64,000 nucleotides of DNA, taken from positions 99,837 through 163,836 of the forward strand of contig NIVC01002053.1 of assembly GCA_002269645.1 (NCBI GenBank), read 5' to 3'. The notes under the pieces are model-generated. The model had not been told where the DNA came from. It made no database searches and worked only from the letters and a program-made list of their open reading frames with translations. The position numbers and the translations under genes are program-made. This stretch comes from Macrostomum lignano (lineage: Eukaryota). Shown here piece after piece: positions 36,201 through 46,681 of this stretch (positions are counted from its first letter, which is position 1; each line of letters begins with the position of its first letter).

Positions 36201-39200
36201 AATCCTAACCTATTTAATAAACCAATTTTTAGTATGTCAACAGCAAACTGAGCCAGAAAATTCTCAAAGTTGCACAGGAGCAGCTGGCCGAAACTCGCCT
36301 GTAAGTTCAGTAAATAAAACTTGCTAAAATCAATCACCTGTCTAGATAAAAGCATTTCATTTTTATTTAGTCCAGTAAATTATAACTTAATAAACCTTTC
36401 TATGGAAGAAATCTAATGTAGGTCCAAATGTAGAATTTATAATGAAAGCTAAAATTGAGATATCAGTTTATCTGTTGAAACATCTTTCTTTCCTGGAAGA
36501 TTAACCAAATAGTCGTACTTTTGAGTAGCAACAGCAGAGTTTGATACTTCAAAAATTATATTCTACCATATGCACAGTTGTAGCTGTATTAGCAGTTTTT
36601 TTACTAGGCAGTGGCTTATTCTCACATATTTTTAACTGCCGTAGTCAGTCTATAATAGTTGTAGCCATGATTATTATGCATTAAATTAAGTTATTACTGT
36701 GAAACTAGGACTCTGGGTTTCATTCATCAAGAATGTAATGTCAGCTGGCATAATATACAGAAATCAATAGGATTAATAACAGTGCCACTTTTCCATATTC
36801 CCTTGAAATGTATAAGCAAAATTTAGCTTATTTAATTATATTATGTTTTAACTTTTTTCGTAGGTATTTTACACTGAAAAAATATTTTAGCGCCAGAACT
36901 AGATTTTAGCGCCTCAGTCTAGATTTTAGATAGGTTATAGGTATAGGTTAGATATATAGGTTAGGGTTAGAAAGTTGACAGATTTTTTTAGATTTCATGG
37001 CTTATGGGGAGCATCGCTGAGATGTCAAGGGGGGAAGTTGATATGTTAAAGCTTGTGGGGGGGGGAATAACTGACATGTCAAGGCTTACAAGGGACTGCT
37101 TTCAAAGCAGTATATTAATGCAGAGATATTGCAAAGAGATGCTACATGTAGCTTATTACAAAACTTGTACTGCATTTTTTGGCTCCCCAACGCTAAGATA
37201 CTAAGCTAAAAAATACTACTAGCGCTTCACAAACTTATGCAGATGTCAGGCTGTAGGGTTAGTGTTAGCGTTGGTGTTAGGGTATAGGGTTAGGGTTAGG
37301 GTTATAGCGTTAAGATTCGGGTTAGTGCTAGGGTTAGGGTAGCTTATAACTTAGCTCATGTAGCTTATTAAAAATGTTTATCATAGAAGCGTCATGCAAA
37401 AATAATGGAAGCGTCATGTGAAAAATAATGGAAGAGTCATGCAAAAAATCATAGAAGCATCATGCAAAAACTCATGGACAAAAGATTAAATTTAGGGTTA
37501 TGTTTAGGGTTAGGGTTAGGGCTATTAGAAGTTTTACAGGAGATTTTTTAAGATTTCAAGGCTACATGTAGCTTATTAAAAAACGTTTATTTCATTTCTT
37601 TAGCTCCCCAACGGGGGGCGTAGATTGCTAGTGCTAGCTCTTAGCGCTACAGTCTAGATCTTAGCGCTACAGGCTAGATTTTAGCGCCATAGACTAGACT
37701 TTAGCCCCACAGGCTAGCTTTTTGTGTTTTTGCACCTAGGAGAGATCTTTATTCATTCCTAGGGGGTCTTTGACCACCTTGACCTCCCCTTGATAATCCC
37801 TCATTGAGGTTAATCCTTATTTGAGGGAGAGCAGTTGGGGAGGGAATTGAGAATTAAATATTCTCAATCAAGCCTGTTGTTAATTCTCAAACAACAACAG
37901 ACAGCCGCAGTCTAAGCGAACCACAAAATCGGCGAGAGGCGGCGCATCAGCTTCGGCGAGAAAGTTCGCATCAACCGGTAGACGTCAGCGCGATGAAGCG
38001 GACAGCGACAGTGAGGACAGCGACGGCGGGGACGATGATAGTGAAGAAAGCGATAGCGACGGCGCAGACAACGCCGATGAAGGCGATGCAGGCGAGGCCG
38101 TTGATGCCAGCGCCGAGCTGGCCAATCAGCTGTACACGGATGAGGGCGGCCCGCTCGGCCAGCTGGACGCCGAACAGCTGCGCTCGTTGATCGCCGAGAA
38201 GCGAACAGAAATTGACGAAGAATTGGTGTCGGGCGTCGGCGGCGGCAGCGAGGCCGGTGCCAGCCGGGTCAGCAGCTGCTTGCCAGACTCGGTGCGGGAG
38301 CACTTCGAATCCTGCCGAGCTGTGCTCAGCCAGTACCGCAGCGGCAAGCTGCCCAAGCCTGTGAAACAGTTGCCGCATTTTTCTCAGTGGCAGGAACTGG
38401 TCGAACTGTTGGATCCAAACTCTTGGACTGCGGCGGCAATGTGCGCCGTTACTAAATACTTTGCCGCTAAAGGGAAGACGCAGGCTTTGCAATTCTTCCA
38501 GGTGAAAAATGATTCTTTTTCTTCGGATATATTGTACAAAGTCGTAGTGGCATTAGCTGTCTAATTGAATCGGTGTGCTTTTCTAATAGCAAGACAGCGT
38601 TGACGGCAGGGAGAAGGGCGCAAAGACTGAAGAAAGAAAGGCGGGGGGAGACGAGAAAGGTAAGAGGAGGGAAGAGATATGTGAGAGGGAAGAGAATGGC
38701 GCGAGAAAAGAGAAAAGCGAGAGGGGAGAGAGAAAGGTGAGAATGAGAAGAGGAGGGCGAGGAAAAGTGAGAGGTGAAGAGAAAGGCGAGAAGGGGCGAA
38801 GAAAAGCGAGAGGAGGGCGAGGAAAAGGGAGGGTAGGGTGAGGAAAGGCGAGAGAAGGAGAGAAAGGTGACATGGGGCGAAGAAAGACGAGAAGAGAGTG
38901 AGGAAAGGCAATTGGAGGTAGAGAAATGCGAGTTGTGGCTGTAGCCGGGAAATGAGAAGTGACAGTATCAGATATGACAAACTGAGAAGAAAAATATAGA
39001 AAAGAATACAAAAGATGTTTATCTTTTTACGTAGTGTAGCAGACTAGTCATTTTCACCATTGCTTTGTTAATATAGGTCTTATCGCACAACCCCTGACCC
39101 TCTCGCGCAGGGCTACTTGCTTCCCCGCTGTCGCGACGACATAGCCGAGTACAGGCGTCTTAACTTTCACTTGTACTCGGCGCTGCGCAAGGCACTGTTT

Positions 39201-39683
39201 AGGCAGCGGGAGTTTTTCTGCGGCTTACTGCTGCCCTGGGCTAGGGAGTCGATCTCCCTGCCGGAGGCTACGATCATTGGGGGCCTGTTGCGCCGGGTCA
39301 GCATCCCTGTGAAGTACGCCGCCCCGGCCCTGCACATGCTGCTGCAGCTGCCGTACAGCGGCGGCCGGGCCATTCTGATCCGGGTGCTGCTGGAAAAGAA
39401 ATATAACCTACCGGATCCTGTGCTTGGCCAGGCTTTGGCTCATTTTGTTGCTATGGAAACAGATTCGGCCGATCACCTGAACGAGGACGGTCGGCTGCCG
39501 GTGCTTTGGCACCAGGCTCTGCTGGCGCTGGTTGAACGCTACGGCGACTACTTGAGCGGCGACGAGCGGCAGCGCCTGTTGCGGCTGTGCCGGCAGCACC
39601 AGCATCCGGAGATAACGCCGGCTGTGCGACAGGCTCTCGGGGCGCTGCAACAGCGTGACGCCAGAATGGAGACTGCCGACTAG
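33224..39683 (+). CDS. BYSL: Bystin (40S ribosome biogenesis factor, Enp1 homolog), ~458 aa
   Basis: Exons 33224-33358, 36233-36300, 37901-38501, 39111-39683 with consistent phases. Motifs PSLADDI, YVNSKLSQKILKVAQEQ, YRSGKLPKPVKQLP, WTAAAM..VTKYF, LLPRCRDDIAEYRRLNFHLY, LLEKKYNLP and LPVLWHQALL. Confidence 0.95.
35205..35483. mobile_element. 279-bp non-autonomous TIR element (MITE) with 8-bp TSD, carrying a 28S rRNA-like fragment
   Basis: TIRs ccctattgcagcgcatgg / ccatgcgctgcaatcagg. ATTTGGGT is duplicated at 35197-35204 and 35484-35491. 35314-35377 resembles 28S GGGTAAACGGCGGGAGTAACTATGACTCTCTTAAGGTAGCCAAATGCCTCGTCATCTAATTAGT. Confidence 0.8.
36870..37730. repeat. dispersed repeat element with TTAGGG-like tracts and short internal tandem repeats (bystin intron 2)
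   Basis: (gggtta)n patches at 36935-36970, 37255-37340 and 37490-37522; tagattttagcgcc repeats at both ends; gaagcgtcatg repeats. Partial copy at ~43240-43490. Confidence 0.7.
38600..39000. repeat. GA-rich low-complexity tract in bystin intron 3
   Basis: Purine-only runs; the ORFs called here are low-complexity artefacts. Confidence 0.8.
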
Positions 39684-40640
39684 ACGTGGCGTTGCATGCT
39701 GCTACAGCTCGCTTGCTTGATTAGAATTGCGAGAATAAAAAAACACTAAATTTATTAAATTTTGCATATTTGGAAATCAGCTTTTGGTTTAAGTTGTTTT
39801 TTATTTCTAGTCGAGTAAAACAGATTCGCCAACAGCAGTGCAAGTTAAGCAGAAGTTAAGTTAAGCAGTAGCAGTTCTGAGCTGCAGTAGGCATACTAAT
39901 CGCCTTTACAAGCTTGAAAATTAACATTTTCGAACAAATACAGTGAACTTAACAAGTTTGAAAGGGGCTGTCAACTTAAGATCATAATGTGGAGCCCGAG
40001 TAACTTAATGTACACAAAAAATACGTAGAAGTTGGATTTGTAAAAAGTTACAAAAATTGGACCTGGAATAGGAGAGAACAAGCAAGGGGACAATTAGGAC
40101 TATTATGTAAACTTAAGCTCATAAGTTGAAGTCCCTAATTTAGCTTGGGAATGGTTAGATCTCAGTCTAGTCAAGGTCCCATCAGCATCGGCGTGTCTTA
40201 TTGTGTGGCTCTGGTCTCTATAGGCCCTTCCAACTGACGATTTTAGGATTTGACGTCAGTCTTTATAAAAGCAAAATGGTTATAAAAGGGTAAGAAAGGC
40301 ATGGAATAATTACAGTGACAGGCAGGCAAAGCGCATTCCGATACGCCTTGTGCTCCGACTGTGACCCTGACACCGGGGCGTACCGGGTAATTAGGCTGAG
40401 TGGTATTGATGCTTCCCATTTATAATTACAGGTAGGCGGAGAAGCGGGACAGCCGATTATTGTTTTGCCTACCTGCATCGTTTCGCGCCTAATTTGATGG
40501 AAAAGCATTGGTTCAATTTTCAAAGAGCTGCACGCAGTGCCTTTAATTTGTGTGTGCATTAGTTGACTCTTTCGGAAAATTAAGTTTGCTGAATCGGAAA
40601 TTGTACCATTCGAAAACTGCCGCGCCTTCCAGTTTAAGAA

Positions 40641-41010
40641 GACTCGCTTGAGTTCCAATCGAGTGAAGACAGTTGCTTGAGTTCCAATTCAGTGAAGACA
40701 GTTGCTTGAGTTCCAATCAGTGAAGACAGTCGCTTGAGTTCCAATTCAGTGAGGACAGTCGCTTGAGTTCCAATCAGTGAAGACAGTCGCTTGAGTTCCA
40801 ATTCAGTGAGGACAGTCGCTTGAGTTCCAATCAGTGAAGACAGTCGCTTGAGTTCAAATTCAGTGAGGACAGTCGCTTGAGTTCCAATTCAGTGAGGACA
40901 GTCGCTTGAGTTCCAATTCAGTGAGGACAGTCGCTTGAGTTCCAATTCAGTGAGGACAGTCGCTTGAGTTCCAATTCAGTGAGGACAGTCGCTTGAGTTC
41001 CAATTCAGCG
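40641..41010. repeat. 28-29-bp minisatellite
   Basis: Unit cagtgaggacagtcgcttgagttccaatt. Confidence 0.95.
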
Positions 41011-41787
41011 AAGACATTCTACAAGACACACCTAAACCATCAGAAGCTGTCTATCTAGCATATGAGAGGTCCATAAATCAGAAATCGGTGTATTTGCAAT
41101 CTAATTACAAAAGGATTGATAGCAAACCTGACTGGCAACGCGCTTACCGCTTTTGCTAGATGTATACTCAACAACATTAGTATACACTTATTACTGAATA
41201 TGATTGCGCAGTAAATTCTAATTGACTTGCGCCACGCAACGCAGAATTGGGCTGGGTGTAGAGGGATTGGGAAGAGCGGAAGGCAAAGATTAGATGGATT
41301 GAATCTTCCGCCCGGTTTTCATTGTTTTTTCTAGCATTTTTTAATATCAATACGCTCGTAGTTGGCAAGGTGATAGACGCTGGTCGAAGACACTGCTCAC
41401 TGGGGCAAAGGGTGGCAAATTTTCAATGTTGCTGAGTATATCTAATTTAATGGGTTAGTTCTTGCTGCATTATTGAGATTAAAAATTTCCATAACCACCA
41501 TTTTGCATTCTTCATCACATCGAACCGCACAAATGAATAAATACATGTCTACAATTGCCAAGCCTGCTAGTTGAATCTCGGTCAAGTCTGCATGAATTTC
41601 TCCTCTGGAGGGTTTGGGTGGCAATAAGAGAACTCTCGCCCTACCTATAGTCTTAAGCAACATTGATGGCTTCAGCCAATCCGAGCAAGAAAAGAGCGGT
41701 GCGCATAGATGTTAAAAACGATAGGGCTGATCCTCTAAGTCTAGGATTGATGGAAAAAGTCAAGCACTCAGATTCCAAAACTGCGTA

Positions 41788-42618
41788 ATGGAGAAACCAA
41801 TACCTATCGCTAAAAGTGGGACACACGACGATCTCAGCACAAGTGGGTGCCGGCAGCAGCAATGCAAACAGCATAACGTGCTCCATCAAGACCAACAATA
41901 TCCGCATCTGCTCTTACCGTGCGAGCAGGAGTCGAACGAGCAGCGGCAGGTGACGCACAAGACTAAGCACATGATGGCTAAGCGGAACGCCAGGGAGAGG
42001 CAGCGCGTCAAGGCTGTAAATTTGGCTTTTAGTAGACTTAGAAGGTAGGATCGATAGTACGGCAATCGTTCCGTGTACGTGTTGCATGTTAGTGCTGATG
42101 CGAATATACAAATGTTTGAATGACGGTGCGTGTTTTGAGTGCATCTTATAGTGTGATAAAATTTCTTGGCTAAAAGCATCTCATTTAGGGTATTCTGGTG
42201 ACCGGCTTGAAAACTAGTTTAATGAAGTGAGACACACAAGTGTCACAAACGAAGGGACATTAAAGCACTGCATAATCAGACACTACAAAAACGGGACCTG
42301 CATGCAGGGAATGGCATATTGAAAGGATCTGAAGGGACCTGCATGCAGGGAATGACATGAAAGAATTGGAAGGGAAACGCACAGTCCTCATGCTGAACCC
42401 GCAGGCACATCCCGTACGAGAACAAGGGAAAGCGGCTATCCAAGATGAAGACGCTGCGCATAGCCATAGACTACATCCGGCTGCTGCAGTCGGTGCTAGG
42501 CGAGCTGGACTCCGGTGTTAGCCCGGGCAGCAGTGCCAGCTACCGGGCGCTGCTGGCGCTGGCGCGGAGCAAAGAGGCGCCGCCCTGTTTTATTTGGCAC
42601 GGCGGCGGCAACGTTTGA
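41788..42618 (+). CDS. achaete-scute-like bHLH transcription factor, ~156 aa
   Basis: Exons 41788-42044 and 42405-42618 (phase 2) join to give AKRNARERQRVKAVNLAFSRLRRHIPYENKGKRLSKMKTLRIAIDYIRLLQSVL. The RNARER.RV basic region is ASC-type. Confidence 0.85.
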
Positions 42619-43239
42619 GAAACACTGAAGCGTGTTGAAGCGGTTAACACTGGATTTTAGTGTACATACGAGCGTATCATATAGTCATGGCTTGAAATAG
42701 TAACAAAAATCGTTACAATGCACACATGTATCACTCATTAACAGCATCGGTTTATTGAACGTTAAATGCATGAATAAATGTGCAGTGCATGCATGTACGC
42801 GCGGGTTAAAAATCAGCATAGACTACTACACTTTAATCTGAATTAAACGGAACTTTAATGAACGTACAGTTAGTCTAGCGGTGAAGGTTATTCCGTCTAT
42901 CCTACCAGCCAAGAGATAAGAGACACACCCTTGGTGATTTGGGATGAATATACTTATAATCATTAAATTGTGTTCGGTCTTAACGATCCATGCAGTGTCC
43001 AGACCGCTGCACATTGTTGTTGTCGGTGTGCATGAGTCTTCTCTAGTGCCCTTTAAGGCGTTAAGGCTGAACTATATGTGCTACAATTCATGTTATTGAA
43101 CAGATGAAAGCTAGCCTAGACGTGAACAGACTGAACTGCTAATGCAGCGACGTGGGTTCGAATCATAAGAGTGTAATTTTTTTATTTAAAGCTTTTTTAA
43201 TGTCCAGAAAACTTAATAGAACTTAATGTGAAAAATAAA

Positions 43240-43490
43240 AGAAGCGTCATGTAAAACATACGAGAAGTGAACCTCACACTTCGTAAAAAAAGTGTCATGT
43301 GACAAATAAAAGGAGCGTCATGTAGACATACTGTAAAATAAGCGTCATGTAAAAATGTGGGATGTGAGGGCTCACTGGGGGATCGCTAAGATATCAAAGC
43401 TGAGATGTCAAGGCTTACGGGGGGGGGGGGAATTGCTGAGATGTCAAGGCTTACGGGGGGAATTGCTGAGATGTCAAGTCAAATTGCCTT
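43240..43490. repeat. fragment of the repeat found at 36870-37730
   Basis: Shares gaagcgtcatgtaaaa and gctgagatgtcaaggcttac-polyG motifs with 37000-37100 and 37385-37460. Confidence 0.65.
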
Positions 43491-43959
43491 GCATATTCAA
43501 AACTTTATTAGTTGAGTACCTTCATTGTCATTCGATGAAAGTTCTATAGTGCGGAAATTTCCAAATCACGCCATCCTGCAGCGGCACCCTTTAGCTGCCA
43601 GCTACTTACTTGTTGTGCAGGTCGAAGTGGGCTATAGTACTACTGCACTGAAGGAAAATGAGTGCATCAAATTTGCATCCAATTAGAGTTTGGATGACAC
43701 ATTGGGGTGGGGTGACACATCCAAAGGGAGCGCATAAAAATGGGGTAAAAGGGGTGCTCAGAAAGGTATTTAAAAGCCGACAGCCGCGCCCTGATGCTCA
43801 GCAGATAGCTTTCGCAAGCAATAAAAACTGGTTGAAACTTCACTGTATACCTTGTACAGGCCAGACGGTAAGCATTCTGGTTTATAACTGTATGAGCTAA
43901 ATATGCCAAATCTCAAACTTTTTCTCGGAAACTTGTTTTTCAGAAAGCAAATCTTCCCG

Positions 43960-45565
43960 ATGGTCCGCTGGGTCCCAATCCTCGTACTGCTGTGCGCCAT
44001 CCTGCACGCTATGCGGCCCGTGACCGCGGCTGTGGACCAAACTCTGCAGCCGAAAGCTAAAGGGGCCGACGTGGTCCGAGCCACAGTTCGCAAGATCCGC
44101 AACAGCTGCATCTTTCCCAACGACTTAGGATTTCTATTGCGCGTCGCATATGTGGAGTCGAAATTCGGCCTCAACGCCAACACGTTTCGTTCCGACGCTG
44201 ATGGTTTTGGCAAAGGCATCTGGCAGTTGGACAAGATCGGCTTCGACGACACCAAACTCGGAAGCAGTACAAAAAGAAACTTGGTGAAGGAGAAGTTCGG
44301 AATTGACTGGACAACTATGACATACGCATCCGCTAACATGAACGTGCCGCTCTACAACGCTCTTGCTGCGCGACTGCTGCTCTCTCGAAAACCGGAGGCG
44401 ATTCCACCTGGCATTGAAGCGCAGGCCGACTATTGGAAGACCTATTACAACAGTGGCGCTGGCAAAGGCTCTGTAGATAAATTTATCAACGACGTCAAGA
44501 GCATACAGCCTTGCAGTACCGTTGGTGCCGACCTGCTATTCATCCTGGACGCTAGCGGCAGCATCGGATCCAGCAACTTTCAGCTCATGAAGCAGGTGCT
44601 GATTGCAGTTGCTAATAAATTATCGATTGGTCCCGCGGCTACGCAGGTGGCTGTGATCACGTTTTCCAGCCGAATAAATGAGACGATCGAATTTGGCCAA
44701 CATTCAACACTGAGCTCTTTGACTTCGGCCATTCAAGCGCTGTCATACGTAGGCGGAGGCACGTACACAAACCTGGCATTGGATCTCGTAGGATCCACGT
44801 TCCAGTCTGCTAGACCTCTGAAGGAAGGCTTTCCCCGGCTGCTTATCGTGCTGACAGACGGTGGATCGAGTGACCGTGAAGCCACTCGCCTGGCCGCGAA
44901 CAGACTGAATGCGTACAGCTGGCTTGAGCGCTACGCCGTTGCCGTTGCCGTTGGAAACCATTGCGTCATGCTCGCACGTTTATATTATACAATCTGTCAG
45001 CGCTATCACCGGCCTGACGGACGATCTTTACGAGCTCGCCTGCCAATCGTCGGTTGCGCTGCCTACGGACAATGCCGGCTTCGCAACCATGTCTGGAACG
45101 CTCCCACCGGGCACGCCTCGGAATGTGCGCGACACGGCGGTCTCTAGCGCTATCGGAAGAACCTACGCTCTGCAAGTGATTTCCGGTCGAGCTAATCTCT
45201 ACGTGTCCCTCGGCATGGAGAACCCGAGCTCCGCTGTCAATGACTACTCAGCGGAGGCGACGCCAAGCCGATTGGGAGTCGTGTTTGTCAGCTCCGCAGA
45301 CCTGGCAGCCTCGTCCGCTCCGCTGAGCAGGCGCAAACGTGAGCTGTCCAGCAGCAGCAGCAGCAGCAGCTCCAGTACCGTTCTGTACCTGTCGATTGTA
45401 CCCGAAGAAGACAGCGGGTCGGTGATGTACACGCTCGAAGCTCGCGATGGCGACACTCGCTCGCTTTATCAGAATTCGATCGCCGGCGGGCCAACATTGC
45501 TGCACTGGCCGAAGCTGGCTCTGCTCGCGGCCATGGCGATTGGCGCGATGGCGCTGTTTGATTGA
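43960..45565 (+). CDS. signal peptide + GH23/lysozyme-like domain + VWA domain + C-terminal domain + hydrophobic (GPI-like) tail; frameshift at ~44951-44958
   Basis: Signal MVRWVPILVLLCAILHAMRPVTA follows a 5'UTR intron (~43868-43943). VAYVESKFG, GKGIWQLDK and YWKTYYNSGAG mark the lysozyme-like domain. The VWA has MIDAS DASGS, VAVITFS, GGTYT..AL, VLTDG and YAVAVG, then continues in another frame as LETIASCSHVY. Ends LALLAAMAIGAMALFD. Confidence 0.85.
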
Positions 45566-46681
45566 GTCGCTTCAACTGGAAAGTGACAAGTGACGCTGTT
45601 TATACTTTAACTTTAATATTCCAGAAAAATTAGCCACACGTACTTTTATCGCAAACTAACACTAAGCTTGTTATTCAGATGAAAACTTAGCAACAGAACT
45701 AACAAAAAACTAACACAAGTGCCCGTATTTTCTCATAGCTGCGACGACAGCCGACCCGCAGCCAGCCAGAAAGAGCAGAAGACATGCCCATTTTCCTCTG
45801 ACTAAATTTTTCATTATATATATTTTTTTTCAAAATTCTCCACGAACTCTAAAACAAATATTTGCTTTCGGTTTCTAACATTTACTTTTCCAAATTTTTT
45901 AACACTGCTTTACGAATCTTATTAAAACAAAGCGAACGCAGAAAATATTTAAACTTTATTTTTTTATTGACGCAAAAATTAAACTAAGCAAAAATGTACT
46001 GCACCTAATTTTTCATATTTAAAAAGAAACAATGAATAAATATATGAATGAATGTATTTTGGGATTAGAAAAGTATTGCACCTTACCAAATAATGCTTTT
46101 TATAAATATCGGGAATCAACGGAAATAGACGCACTCGTGCACTTTTACACGCGTGAGCAAAAAGAAGAATGACTAACCCTCACTATGCAGGAACAAAAGC
46201 TCAAATTATCATGTACCTTACATACTCGTACATGTATACATATTGCTGTGCTTAAATTATTTTAACATAGCATATGGACAATCATCTCCAATGCAAGTCC
46301 TACATGAAGGTATTAAAAAATGCCAACTGGTAAACACACAATACTAATTACTTTCGAAACATATCGGCAATAATAACCATGTTCCTTTCTGCAGTACTGC
46401 ACTTCACTTAGATGCAGGGAATGAAATTCGGAAATCGCTGACAAGAAAACTTCTGTACAGTGCGACAGGAAAATATCTACTTTCGATACATATCGTCATT
46501 TACCTATGTTAATTCTACACCCACGAGTAGGTCTTAACTGCTACATATACATACGATGTAATTTAGCTTACAATGGCCGTCCGGAAAATCAATCCAAAAT
46601 AGGAGCTACAACTACTGTCTGAAAATTTCCAGAATAAATAATTTCGATACATATCGGCGAGCAATAAAAATCGCCTCAATT

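Noticed and set aside
36930-37522. True telomere or chromosome fusion site
   Set aside because: The tracts are short and degenerate, all in one orientation, and lie inside a bystin intron.
37971-39011. Minus-strand ORFs over bystin exon 3 and intron 3
   Set aside because: They are antisense shadows of a GC-rich exon and translations of a GA-rich low-complexity tract.
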